Shown: positions 28,166-42,543 of the stretch, in pieces
Layout: the number at the start of each line of letters is the position of its first letter
Numbering within the stretch: position 1 is the first letter of the stretch
NCBI GenBank assembly: GCA_028023455.1
Contig: JAQFVV010000010.1
Coordinates: forward strand, 13,640,001-13,704,000
Direction: 5' to 3'
Length of the DNA: 64,000 nt
From: Epiperipatus broadwayi
Taxonomy: Eukaryota; Animalia; Onychophora
Translations under genes and position numbers: made by a program
The notes under the pieces: generated by a model
The model's input: the letters and a program-made list of their open reading frames with translations, nothing else
Told to the model about the DNA's origin: nothing
The model's database searches: none

Positions 28166-30075
28166 TTTGCTTTTACTTATCAGATTTGGCGGAATTCACC
28201 AGTCCTATGCAATTAGCCCAACTGTCATTTTTATTTTTTCAATTTAAAATCCATCCAAGACCTTTTGCTCAGACAAAGAAATATATAGTGAAACTTAATT
28301 TGAAGGCTTTTAACTTCTTTTTAGCTTAATAAACAGTTAAATAGCTATAGTGATAAACATTAAATTACATTCAATGGATTGATGCTTTTTTGTAATTTCT
28401 AGATTTCATTTACTAAAATGTCTATGGATTCTTAACCAATTTATTGGCCTTTATAGTTTTACAATCTTTAACTAATTGTATTAATTTTGTTGATGTATAA
28501 TATCTCTTAATTTATAGGTAGAATATTTTATGATTCTGATTAAAAATGGTTCATTTTCTAATATTCTGCAAAGATTAATTCATTGTGTATTCTTATATCA
28601 GAATTTTTCTGATTTTACTCTAGGCAATTATTTCATTTAGATTTTCAGTAGTTAATAAGTTTGTGTTGTGATTGAATAATGCAGACTGAATCACAATTAC
28701 CATTAGACAGTCTTATATTTTCAAATTTTCAACTTGTTATTGAAAATTTATTATAAGTGCTTATCTATTAAAATTATTTTACTGAAATGAAAAGAATTTA
28801 TACGATAGGTTAGGTGTTGAAATATTTCAGTTTTAGTGGAAGCTTATACATATGTATATTGAAACAAATGAAGTCTTGTAGCTGGGGATCCAATATTTAA
28901 AATAAGCTTCATATTAAGTGTAAATATTTTCATACTATTTCATATCACCAAGTATAAATTTACAGACTAGTTTCTCACTATTGTGTAATTTTAATATTTC
29001 TCATTTAAACGAAGATTGTCTTTACTAGTTTAAAGATTAGTGAATCAAATGGCAGATTCACAAAATACTTATGGCTTCTGGTCAATGTTCAGAAATAATT
29101 ATGGATAGATAATTGACATGTTTAAAAAGATAAATGCAAATAATGTCAAACTTTTTGCTGATAAAGTACAGTAACCTAACGATTCAAAATACACACTTAG
29201 AAATAGATGTGACCAATATTTTTACTATTGTTTTATTACTCAGTACATTCTCTGTAACAAAACAATTTTTAAAAAATAATTTCAAAAATCTTATGTATAT
29301 ATAAAAAAAATAATTTATTAATACTTTCTCACAGCTTTTTATTTACAATTTTAATTTTGTTATAAAATTTTTATCAGTTTTATGTTTTTGATAGATGATA
29401 GTTCAGTCATGTTTATATAGTTAGATTTTTGTATTTTGTGTCCTCTTTTGACTTTTTAAATAATTACATATATAATAATAAAAAGTCTAATTCATCAATG
29501 TTATACTTCTAAATTATGTTTAATTAATTTTTATGATTATTAATTATATTTGATTAATAAACATAAATATTTTAATAAAATAAAACTAAATGTAATAGAT
29601 CTATTAACTTATAAATATATAACAAAAAAAAAAAAATATTAAAAAGAAAAATATATATATATATTGGAGAAATAGAAAATTCATTGGAACATATCTGAAA
29701 CAATATATATATATGATAAATAAAATATTGATTTATATGTTCACATAGAAGGAATGGATATATGTTATAAAATAAAAACATCATGTACTGGAAAAATTAA
29801 TAGTAAACGATAAATATAAAGAATTAATGTTAATTAAATATAATTTTAAAAAAAACATTGATAAATTAGTTTATATATGTTAATAAAATTACTTCAAAAA
29901 TCAAGAGATAGCTAAATGTTAAAAAAATTAATTTAACTACTATCTATATAAAGAATAAAACAGATAGTCATATTCTTAAAAATAAATATAATTTTATTTA
30001 CAAATATGAGTAATTTTTTAGATAAAATGTGATTATATAAGATATGTTCAATAGTTATATACTATTAAGAAATAT

Positions 30076-30283
30076 AATTATAGGGGATTTGAACACAGAC
30101 TTTCAAGCTCCTTTTAGCTATCCATATTATCTCGTACAACCAATAAATGTGAACACACATGTGAAAAAGCTAAATAATCTCTAATATATAGAGCGGTTAA
30201 CCGAAGGGAGCTTGAAAATCTGTGTTCAAATCCCCTATAATTACATCTAAACTCCAAATCTATAAATCATACTTGTATTTAAA
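30076..30283. mobile_element. Family H short self-inverted insertion
   Basis: 34-bp inverted repeat with 1 mismatch (30078-30111 vs 30207-30240); 13-bp TSD tattaagaaatat at 30063-75 and 30284-96. Confidence 0.8.
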
Positions 30284-30385
30284 TATTAAGAAATATGTAA
30301 AATGAGTCTGTAAATATATATTAATGATAGATTTTTTTATAAGTACAAAAAAGAATTATTTTATTATTGTTGTTTATTTTTTTAG

Positions 30386-30536
30386 GGGTGCTGATTTAGC
30401 GTCTCTTGTCCAGGAAGCTTCTGTAATAGCTTTGAAAAAGTTTATTGATCAACCAACGACACCTGTAAATATATGTGTATCTTTGGAAGATTTTGAGAAG
30501 GCATTTTCCAAAGTAAAACCTTCTGTTAGCACAAAG
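30386..30536 (+). CDS. NVL: NVL coding exon (D2 lid)
   Basis: (S)GADLASLVQEASVIALKKFIDQPTTPVNICVSLEDFEKAFSKVKPSVSTK; phase 2/0. Confidence 0.95.
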
Positions 30537-33500
30537 GTATTGTTTATAATTGCATTCTATTTAGAAAAGATTTTTATTTCTTTATTTTAGTTATATAATA
30601 TCATTTCAGAAATTACTAATGTTTTAGAATGAAAAAAATGTTTCATTGCAATAATTATTTCACAAATTAAATTTTGACATTATTAAAATAGGGAAGTTAT
30701 TTATTTGGGAAACTATTATGCCTATTGGAAATAGTATTTTTTTTTAATGGTTATATAATATTCAGATGGCTTGATATTAAGTAGAAGATAAGCAGCAATG
30801 AATTGGTTAAATCTTTTCATGAGAAGTAATGGAATATGAAAATTGAAAATAAATGTCATTCTAGGGAAATGGCTTTTTTTTAAAAAAACAAATAACGAAG
30901 TTCTGAAAATTATCATTTACACGAAGCAAAACATGTGTGTAAAAAATTGAGTAGACGAAAAATAAATATAAAAGTATTAACTTTTTATGGCTTATAAAAT
31001 TATTAAGCAAATTGATTCTTAATAATCTTAAGAATAGCATTCTTTTTATAATGATCGTTTGTCATTTGGTTTTTCAAGCTGCTCAATAACACATTCATTA
31101 TTGTATTCCTGAATTTGATGATGAATTCACTGATATAATTCTTCTTTTTACTTGTTTATAAATTTAACTTTTATTAGTTAATGAACTTGTTAATCTTAAC
31201 ATACCCAGTATTCACAGCATTTAAGCTCAATGAATGGAAGTGTTTCTTTAATATTTGCATAAAATGTTTCAATGTTATAATTCTTACTTGTGCTGTAAAT
31301 AAGTGATATGTATGTGTATGTTTAAAATGCACATACATATATCCTGTATATATAATTGTAAAAACTTATAGAGAGAAAAATAATAAGTTAAAAATATTAC
31401 AGAACTTGAAAAGATTTATTCTTTTAAAGTAGAAATTAAATAGTCTTTAGATTAGAAAAAGATTAATTTCTAAAATGAACAATAGATTAATTAATAAGAG
31501 TAGAATATGTCGTTATTCAAATGAAACAAATTAAGGAATTCGACTTAAGATTCCTTTTTAAGATAACTACAATCTACAAATAACCGATTAATTAAAAAGG
31601 CAGAAAGATAATATTAAAATTCCGATGGAAAAGAAGAATCATCTGATCAGATGGGCAGAGGATTAACCAATCATTTGCAGGGATTCAGAGACACTGAACT
31701 GCCTTTAGTACAAATTGGAAGAAGAAGAGAGATACTTAATGCCTGGAGTTTCATCTGTGCACACGGACATATATGTTGGGGCAGATCGTCTCCCATGGCA
31801 CACTGACTTCAAATGCGGAGGGCTGACCTCCGAACGTGAGAACAATCAGCTAGGACACTTAAAGATCATATTGATCTTAATTATTATTTGTGTATGCCTT
31901 CGGGCTTTATAATGTAAATGATTATATATATGTGTAAATAATTAAGCACTATTATATATATGTAAATAATTAAACACTATTAAGGATCGTAAGGAAAGAA
32001 TTACTTAAATATTAACTGTTAGTATTGATTTGTACTCGTGGGAAGTGCACTCTTAAATCAGCTAGATATAGCAATAAGTTTATTCAAAAATACATTTAGG
32101 TGATTGCTTTAATAAAGTCTGATCTTTTTTTTAAAAAAAAAAAACTACATGGGATTTTAAGGAAAGTCTATCCATATTATATTTTTAGCAAGTTGTAATG
32201 AAGAGTGTTTTAAGTTATTCATATTTTTATTTTAAAAGTTTATAATGAAATTGGTTAAAAACAAAATATATTTTTGTATAAGTTATTGGCTTTATGCCAA
32301 TCATTTGCCTTTTTTTTTTGCTCATCTTTGCTTCAAAATTAATTTATCTTTGCTTCACTGTAAATATATGCGAGATATACAGTAGTAAGCAATGGCACAG
32401 TATTATTAGTGATTGCTTATTTTTAAATATTACAGCTTAATATAATACACTTGTTAAGTCGCCATATCTGCAAAAAATATATTTCAACTTTAAACAATCA
32501 TTGGTCTATTGTTTTAAAATAACAAATGACATATTAAATCTTAAGAAAAATTATGGAAGTTGCCCAATCTTATGATGCCAAGTTTTTTCTTTTATTATTG
32601 TTAATATATTGTACCGATCGATACCTATCCTGCGGATTCTTACCATGGCACAGAACTGAACATGAAGTTACTGTTGCGCAGAAGAATACGGCATTCTAAT
32701 AAATTCAATAATAAACTTGGAAACTAATGACTTAAAGTTAACCAATTGAATTTTTAAATGAGAGAGATCAAACCAGAGCTGGTTATATATCCTGATCCCT
32801 CTCTTACCAAAATTCTATCGCACACTTATAGATATCAGGATGTTGGCTGCCGCATACCTTTGAAAGGCAGAATTTGAACCTGGCCTTTATGCGCCACTTC
32901 TGGAAAGAAAAAAAGTCTCCCGAAAGGATATACAACTATCAACAAACATATGAAACTAATAAATAAAGAAAGATATCAGCACAATAACAAACTTTTAATA
33001 ACCCGATAAAGTAGTGTCCCATGAATTTAGCCCAATCATCTCTATCTCAGATAACTTTTGGATTATGTATATAGTCTTGATGGAGAGAGAGAAATAAATG
33101 AAATACTTGTAATGAAATAATTTACAAACAAAAACAAATATTTATTTTCCCAAATAAACCACCACCATTTACCCCAGCATTATAATAAGACAAAAATCTA
33201 TGAGCAGTATTGATTCAATTTACTTATGGAACTCCCCTCACTATTTTCATACAGATACCCTTGAATGAAGTAGTCTGAGTTTCTTTCCACACACATAATA
33301 AACCTTATTTTTATTTCATCTAATATCAAAAAAAAAAAAAAATAGATGTACATGTATGTCTATCTATACATCCTTCTCACTGCTTATCTAAATATTTTAT
33401 GAGTGTGCGATTGTATACAAATCAAACGCACACAGAGACAAAGCAAAATTATACTTTAAATCAATTCGAATTTCTTTTACTATATGTATATATGTGTTAC

Positions 33501-36500
33501 TAGCAGTAACAAATATAAAAAAAAAGAAAATGCACACATATGCATGTACACATCTAAGCATTTTAAAATTACTGTGGGATGATGATTTAACATAACACAA
33601 TCCAACACTTTGTGGATAAATAACTCATCATACATGTAATGCAACAAAATATATATATCAATAAAATTCATCTTTGCTAAAACATATAGATACTAATCAA
33701 ATAAAATAATAAAAAATTATACCATCTGGCATTTTCAGATTTCTTCATCCGGACTTCGGGACTTCTGAGTGGGCCACTAAAGGGCAGCGAGGACTTCTCT
33801 TCATTTTTGAAGGATGTAGGCATTCAGATATTCATCATCATCAGCTGGTATTAATGACTACATGTTGGCAGCGTAGAAGGAGTTGGGCTGGTGCATTGAC
33901 GTGGAATTCTACTCCATTTTTATCATACTTACTACTTCAGACATTTTTATCTTTCTTAAAGTTTCTACTAATAGCTTTTTCTTTAATACAGCATCAGCAA
34001 ACTGCTACTTTTTTGTATAATTATGGCAGGACTTTCGTTTGAAGCCAGGCTCGGCTCGGTTCCCCTTTTATTAATTTCTTTAATATTGGACAATCAGCGT
34101 CTCTTTCTTAAATATGGCCTCAGCAGCTTATATCTAGCAAATGCCATCAGTTAGATGGTCTTCCTAGACTCATGGTCAAACACTCTATATCTTATATTAT
34201 TCTATATTATTCCTCTTCAGCACCTGGTGAACAGCTTAAATAGCACACTCATTACAAGACTAATTTGAGTACCCCCCCCAATAACTATTATTTTAGCCAA
34301 CTTTAAATACATGGCTAATTGATTGGAATAAATGCATATTGCTTTTTATACCCAGCATTTCTTATCTCTTATTTTAATCTTTAAATTTTTATCTTAGTTT
34401 TCATTCAGACCACCTTGGTTGATTAAGGAGTTCCATTTACATCAATTTTCAATTTTGACACAAAGGGAAAGTTTTCTCACTTCTCCCTTACAAAAGATTA
34501 AAACTAAAAAAAAAAAAAACAAATTTAAAATAAAATTACCAGATTTTCTCTGCCGATATTGGCATCTAATTACTTTATACTTACTTGTTTTTAATAAAAA
34601 TAAAACACACAGCAGGATGATCATTTCCAATCTATTACTAAAATTGACATTTGGCTAAACAATAATAACCTGCTCTTGCTTTAATTCTTAACAGAGAAAA
34701 TATCTGACATACATAACAAAAATAGATGTGTTGGACCATTTACAATTATTTTTCATTGTCCTTTTATATATATGTTCCAACACATAAACTACTTAAAAAA
34801 AACGCAAATTGGACAATAGTTAAAAATATAAAAACAATAATCGTATATATAACATATAATTTCTAATATTTTATTTATTCTTGGGTGTAAGTGAAAATAT
34901 ATGCACAGACCATCATCACTCATTTTACAATACGTTTATATAATTTGTACTTGATGTATTATTCTAATGGTGATAAAATATATATTAAATTAATACACAA
35001 ATATAAGTCTATATACATGTGATTAGCTTTAGCTATAGCCACCTTGTGCATGGCCACTCCAAGAGTGCCTGTCACAATATATATATTTTAGCACAAATAG
35101 TTTCCTTTCAATTTATGACTGTATGATGAATGTATATCTTTTATAGGATTGCTATCTTAAAAGGAATTTTTTGATCCCACAATCGGGATTATGATTTTCA
35201 ATCTAGAGATCAGAATTAATTACCCCATTCAGAATGACTTACTGCAAATTAAATTATGCTTCAATGGCTAGAATAAATCTAGGATTGTCATCTTTATATT
35301 TACTGAAATATCAAATGAAAATAAGTAATATTTAAAATATTTTAGTCAAACTTTGTATAAAATAAAATAATAATAAATATAATAAAACTATAATCAACTC
35401 AGTTTATTGTTATTCCTGGGCCAATTATCAATTCCAAAATTCTTGAGATTTTAAATTGAAATTTTGGGTAGAATTCTGAATTGTATTCTTAATTATCTGT
35501 TAATTAATTTGATGTCAGTCTTTTTCTATTAACTTTGATTTGAAATTTTTTTATCAAATCTAGTTATTGACTTTTTTAATTGCCTAGAATTTTTCTTTTT
35601 TTTTTAATGAAAATATAATTTTATAATCAGGTTCTTAAAATTTAGAAAGTGAGATTGTAAACAAAAATTTGTGAATTATATTTCAAACTTAATTTTCTAT
35701 GTATTTTCATCTAGAATTTAAACCAGCATTTCTGGCTTTATACTATGGTCATAGTTTTATATTTCCTATAAATTCTAATAATAAAATTGTCTATTAAGGT
35801 AAATATGAAGTATTCAAATAGGCTTGAGTTTTTTAGAGAAATGTCTAGTCAGAGTATATAACATTATACTAATCAAATACTTAGAATTCTGATTATTGTT
35901 ATATGTGTATTGTTTTTAAATAGGTGGTTTACAACTTCCAAAATGTTTTATCTATATATACTTCTATTTATTTTTGTCAAAAAAATTTTAACACACATAA
36001 TACAAATCAAATACACATTTGCATAAATATACAAGACATTAGTGTAGAAATATTTATGGGTTTTCTTTTATGTATGTATGTTTCAGTTTATTAAGTTTTA
36101 TTTGGCAGCTTTTGTTACTTTAGATAATTATACCTATTTGTCTAATGATCTGACAGTAGAAAGTAATCAATGTTTGGGAAAATAATTTGGATAAAAAAAA
36201 TTTTAGCTCAACAATTGTGCATAGAATATGATGTTTATAAATAGATATATTTTAGATATCTGTATCCAATGCATTGTTAGTTTAAAAATTTTTCATTTTT
36301 TAAAATTGTGGTCCAGCCTTTCTAACTCCAATATGACTATCCTGAAAATTTTGAAGGAGGTAATATTGTATTCTATGATCAACACTATAAAACATTTGAT
36401 CATTATAAATAATAGTTTATTTGTGATTTTATTTTTATTTTTTTAGAAAAAATTAATCGTTTTTGCCTTATGACTGAATTCAAATCAGAACTAAGAAAAC

Positions 36501-36815
36501 ATAGGAAAAAATTCAGATTTTCATTTAAGTAGATGGATTATAAATAATGTAGTTAACAAAATTTAAAATGTTGATCAGAAATCAGATATGTTTGGCTATT
36601 CTTAGTTAAAGGATGGAAAATCATTCTCTGCCACACTTCAATTGGAAAACTTGGGGCTAATGCCCTCTTCGATATTTTTTTATAATAGAGTGATTGAAAG
36701 GCTTTTGTCCTGTAATAGGCTATTTAAAGGTTATTTTATTGTATCTACTATATAGCAATTGCACACACATGTAAATTTATATATATTTTTTACTCTTGCT
36801 TTTTATCTTTTTCAG

Positions 36816-36860
36816 ACAATAGAGATGTTTGAAACTATGAAGATACGAAGAAGTAACTGA
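36816..36860 (+). CDS. NVL: NVL probable last coding exon with stop codon
   Basis: Long pyrimidine tract then ttcag|, TIEMFETMKIRRSN-stop in phase 0. Length and pattern fit the short NVL C-terminal helix, and AATAAA follows. Confidence 0.8.
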   Translation, partial: TIEMFETMKIRRSN

Positions 36861-36891
36861 TATTGTATTTGTGAATATTTTTTTATGTAAA

Positions 36892-37014
36892 AATAAAATG
36901 GACTGTTTTTTGTTTTTTTTTTGTACAGTTTTATAACATATATTTCCAACTTTATTTTTGTAATATAAATTAGTAATTATGTATATAAGATTTATTTCAA
37001 ATTTATGAAATAAA
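36892..37014 (+). terminator. Candidate NVL polyadenylation signals
   Basis: AATAAA at 36892-36897 followed by a T/GT-rich tract; a second AATAAA at 37009-37014. Confidence 0.5.
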
Positions 37015-40000
37015 ACTATTTGATGTCATGTTTATGTATATATTTTTATATGAATTTATAAAAAAGTGTATAATGAATAACAAAACATACAATTACTAGA
37101 TTTTGAAGAAATATTTCTTTGTGATGTCAAAATTATAAGCCTAAATTTGCAGACATATATGTGTAGATAGACTTACATATACAGAGAGTGGTGAATATGC
37201 ATAAATAATGCAAAAAAAAAAATAATATTGCAAATCTGATAGATGAAAGTATTGAAAAACAATAATATTACAGATCAAATAAGTTAATACATTTAGAAAT
37301 ATATATAATGGAAAAAATACAATAGATAAATATGTGAGCAAATTGGTGAATAATTTGATAAAAAGAAAAGATCAGTGTATAACCATACATAGTAAAGATT
37401 TAAAAATTACTATTGTTTTAACTTTTTTTCTTTCAAGATGATAAAATGCCGATTCTTATTTCACAAAAATTAAAGAATGAAGGTAATAGTGAAAAAAACC
37501 TATCATGACAATAAATTATTTTATTTCTAGTTTTTATTTTTATATAAAAACACCTGTGCATGTATAATGATTTTTACTGTATTATTTATCATATGACATA
37601 GTTCAACAAATCATTTAAATATTTGATCAGGATATTTAAATTACTAGTGTAATTTTAACCTAATTATCTAGGATATTTATAGTGTTTGACCTTGAATCTT
37701 AAGGCAGTCTAAGCACATGATATCTAGACTGACAAAAAAGTATATAAATAACTTTAGTAATTGAATTTAGCTATTAAATAAATCATTTATTTAATTCTAA
37801 TAAAATTATTAACTTTTTTTTTTTTAAAAAAAATTAAACCCGTTCAAAATACACTCTTATTTTAAGTCCTTTTGAAATTGCCTTTATTCACAAATACCGT
37901 TTTTATAAAATATAACAATAATTCTTTTTAAACTTCTCAATTATGCAAGACACATGTATGCATCAATACCTATACACACATGTACATTAAATATAATGAG
38001 TAATTTAAAAGCAATGAAGCTAAATTTTTACGTATTAAAACATTTAAAATCTATCCCGATTGGTTATATATATCAAAATTTCATCTTTAAATAACTTACA
38101 AATTAATATTTTGTGAATTATTATTTTAAAGATATATTTTTAAAAACCAAATAAAGATTCTAATATGAATAATAATATTTGATAATAACTTTATATACTG
38201 TACGGTCAGTTCGCATACTCACTCAACTCTATCTAGAATCTCAACACAAGTACCTAGAGTCCAATCATGTGTGAGATACATATGTCAGGAACATTCACAA
38301 ACTCGGCCCTGTATACACAGATTTCAGATTCAATTACTTATGAGCAGCAACTCTGACAATACTTGTTTATTTAATTTATTGCCAGCCGACTTCACATATC
38401 GGAGAAACAGAGACTCTGGAGAAAATCATGGCAAGTGTGCGTATACATTGATATAGAGATTTATACAGTTGAGTTATATTACATAGTTATTAGCCTCATA
38501 TTACAGTAAGTTATATTGTGGTGCTCATTCGCACTTTAAAATAGGTATTTGCAGATAAGTTTATATTATTAGTACTTTTAATGCAGTGTTATGATATTTC
38601 AATAATTAATCTATCGTAGTTATATAGTATACAATCTACAATCATGATGAATCATCCGAATTACAGAAGAGAAACACAACCTTGACTAATCCCAGGAGGA
38701 GTTACATAATTGTCGGTTAACTAACCAACCAAGTTATCATAAGTTTATTACATATGGAAATATATTTAATAGATTTATTTACTTTATTTGCGCGATTAAC
38801 ATATGTGGGAGTATTTCTATAACTTATCAGCTCTAGAGTTGTTAAGCGACATATCAATGGAAAATTACTTAGTTGTGAAATACGTTTAGTTAGACCATAA
38901 ATCAAACATATAGATATTTATAGATCTTAAGCTTTTTAAAAGGAAAAATATAATTAAGTGTTGTGGTGTAAGCATAATAGCGAATAAGATTTGCAGATCC
39001 GTTTCTTGGAAGTGCTTTATCATTTGGAAAGAATATGCAGACTTGCCACACCCACATTTCGTGGAATCGGTTTCTTGGAGTTAAGGGTCTCGGACGGAGT
39101 TGCAATGGGCGGAATTATCCATGTATTGCTCTCATTATACAAGTAGACTGTTCAGGGTCATTCATTGCCCCGATTATGACCTAAAACGAAGATGAGACTA
39201 CGCGGGCATTTCGAACCACATCTCTAGATAAAGCTTAATCATAAGGGATAATAGCCTATGCTAACAACGCGTTGGATGGACTAATAAATAGTAAAATATA
39301 TATAACCTATAGTAATAACATCAAAGATAATAGTATAATTGGATTTACTAAACAATTTAAAAGGCATTATTATAAAATATGTTAAAGTTTTATCATAAAC
39401 TAAAGTTTTAATCCCTCCCACCCCCTTCACTACATTTCTTCAATAAAACTCCATATATGGTAACATAATAGAAACTTAAGTCTAAGGTGTGCTTTAATAA
39501 AAGTATACATATATGTTTAAATAGGCAAGGATAAAGAAATATAAAAGTAATATATATGTTTTGAATTAATATTGCGCTAGTAAAGGGATTAACATTTACA
39601 TAATTTGTAAACTAATCAAAGGTGGAACTTTAGTTTTCCCCTCTGTTGTTTACGCAAAAAGTATAATGACCAAAAAAAACATTTAAAAATCTCCCAACCT
39701 AGTAAGCGTTTATAGTTTTAAAAGTGAAAACAAATTAACCAATTGGCACTCCCTTCTAATGGCGAGGAGCTAAGCTAAAAATAACTATGCTGGCAAGGGT
39801 GGGAGTTTATTGAGATATCATTTAAAATATATATATTAGATAAAGTATTACGAAAATAATTGCCACATCAAATTAAAAGTGAAATAAATTATGAGGCTAA
39901 ATGAAAATGGCTATAGAATAAATTAGAGAGTTACTTATATTAGAAGATTATATGTTTAAAGATTTATAAAATTTATTAGAAGATTATATATTTAAAGATT

Positions 40001-41294
40001 TATAAAATTAATTATGGAACTGGTTACAGAGTTTGCAAATCATTACTGTTAAATTCTTAAACATTTAAGAATTATTTAAAAGAAAGTTAAGAGTTCATAA
40101 TGGCGGCACTTCAACGGCATTATCTTTTGGAAGCAGGTAGTAGATCTCCAGGTTAATCTTTACAACATAGCATCAAGTTCACGGATGTTTAGCGGTAGTG
40201 GCAGGCTGGTGGGAGCTGGGTTGGCATGGCCGAGAGAAGGTGCATCTTTCCCTTCTATTCTTCATTTGTCATATTGAAATTTTGAGCGATGTGGATTCAT
40301 TTGGCCGATGCCTTACAAATTTAAGTACTCTCCCATGACTGAAATCAGGCCCTATTTATATGATTCTTGTTTATCTCAAGAATGCTTTTAAGCTCCATTA
40401 CCTAAGGCTATAAAATACTGCTACAGATTGACTTTTAATAAGGAATTTTTCTTTTGTTATTAAGGTAGTATAAAACAATGCAATTGGGTTGGTATATTTC
40501 TGAAATGATTGTTCTAAATCTATTTCTAGCTCAGAAATAGATATTACTAAACGATAAATTTTGTTAAAAAAATGGTTTTGATTTTTTTCATAAAAATAAT
40601 AATTTTAATCATACTAATGGATTTTAGTTTGGAATGTTTCTAGAAGCTACCAAGCCGATTGCATCATCCTGACCACCATTATATAAATAAGTATTTTAAT
40701 ATAATTTAATTTTAAATATACATTTTTGTACAAAATATACAAGTATAAATATTGATTTATATACAATCCCCCATCACCTTTAATATATACATGTGATATA
40801 CGCACATACGATCTATTAAAATCTATAAAATATTATTTATTTAGTTAAGAGATTATTAAATCTCTTGTTCACAGTTATTTTAAAAGAAAATTTAAGAGAA
40901 AATGAATTATATGGGTGTGTATATAAGCGTATGACTGGGATTTGAATTCGGTTTGGTGGTGAGGGATTGTATGGGACTGTCAAGCGTAATCTGAATTTCA
41001 GATTAACTGCTTCAATACTTACAATATAGTAGACTATAGACTAACTTATTTAGATTTAAACTAGTAATTTAGGATTTTTAAATAAATATTAAATAACCTA
41101 ATTAGTATTTCTTAAGCAACTAATGGTTAAATATGCTAAGTAAATTACATTAATCAAAAACATCTAGCTAAGATTTTTTTAATTTAATAGCAACATGGAA
41201 ATTTATTAAAAATATTTTTAAAAAAGCATTACTGTATATCTTTAACCCATATGGCCAAATATATGGTAATATATTTAATGTTTTTATGGTTGTA

Positions 41295-42185
41295 TGATGT
41301 AGATAAATGATTTTTTTGGTAAAACCGTGCGTTATTTTTTATATACCCTTTTTTTGACGAACTGGTATCCGCCATTATCAAGGTAAATTCTTGAAAGAAA
41401 ATTTGTTCGATCTCAAACTGTAACGTGACTGAGTGCAAGATGAAGCATAAGAATCAGTTTTAAATAGTTTAGTATTCAGAGTATGAGGTTTATCAAAATG
41501 TATATTTCTCTTAGTTTTACCACACATTAATTTAAAGTCACAATTAGAAGACAGATAAAATGCGAGAGATCTGTATGGCTGGAATACATTGTGTTTCATC
41601 AGCCCTATTTAAACCAGTAGGTCTCTTTAATATTTCAATTGACTCTCATGGTTCTCACATCATATCTCAATTAGCAAGCATTATTGCAAGGTCAAAGTCA
41701 GGTTTGTGACCAATTTTTAAAAAATGGTAAGTAAAAACTGATGTGTTAATTTTTTGATTAAAAGCATTTTTATGTTCCTTAATTCTGAGATTTATTTGTC
41801 TATTAGACTGACCTACATATAGCTTCTTGAGTACTGCAAACATGGAATTTCATAAACTTCTTGGTGTTCCAAAAATATTCTGTCTAGGTTTATGTAAAAA
41901 ATCAATTTTTTTGCCAGTAGAAAAAGTAGTCTTTATATTAAAACAAGATAGTCTTCTACTGATTTCATCAGTAACCCCCTTAGTATAAGATAAAATTACT
42001 CTATGAAAAGATGAATTGTCAATTCTATCCTCTTTTTTCCTTTTAGTATCAATGCTATTTAAAGCCTTACATATGATTTGAGCAGGATGATGATGATAAT
42101 TAAGATATCTTTGTATGGTTGGATTTTCTGTAAAGTGATATTGATAATGTTTCATCACATTTTCTTGTAATTAAACATCTAGAAA
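41295..42185 (-). mobile_element. Penelope-like element 3' part (RT thumb, GIY-YIG, pLTR); left arm of a foldback
   Basis: FLDV..TRK, RYLNYHHHP, VILSYTKGVTDEISRRL and VYEIPCLQYSRSYVGQSNRQINLRIKEH. Confidence 0.9.
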
Positions 42186-42543
42186 AGAAAGCAAAAAATC
42201 TTTTGACTAGAGCTTATAATTTATCTTGCTCAAGAAATAGAACTTGCAAAAAATATTCTTTCTAATGATTATAATAACATCATAAGGCTTTACATCACAT
42301 TGGTACTAAAAGGAAAAAAGAGGATAGAATTGACAATTCATCTTTTAATAGAGTAATTAGAAGTTACTGATTAAATCAGTAGAAGACTCTTGTTTTAATA
42401 TAAAGACTATTTCTACTGGCAAAAAAAATGATTTTTTACATAAACCTAAAGACAGAATATTTTTGGAACACCAAGGAGTTTATGAAATTTCATGTTTGCA
42501 GTGCTCAAGAAGCTAGGTAGATCAGTCTAATAGATGAATAAAT

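Noticed and set aside
33720-34260. Minus-strand LINE ORF1 or gag zinc-knuckle remnant
   Set aside because: Only a frameshifted C..GHI..CP-like trace is visible, which is too degraded to call.
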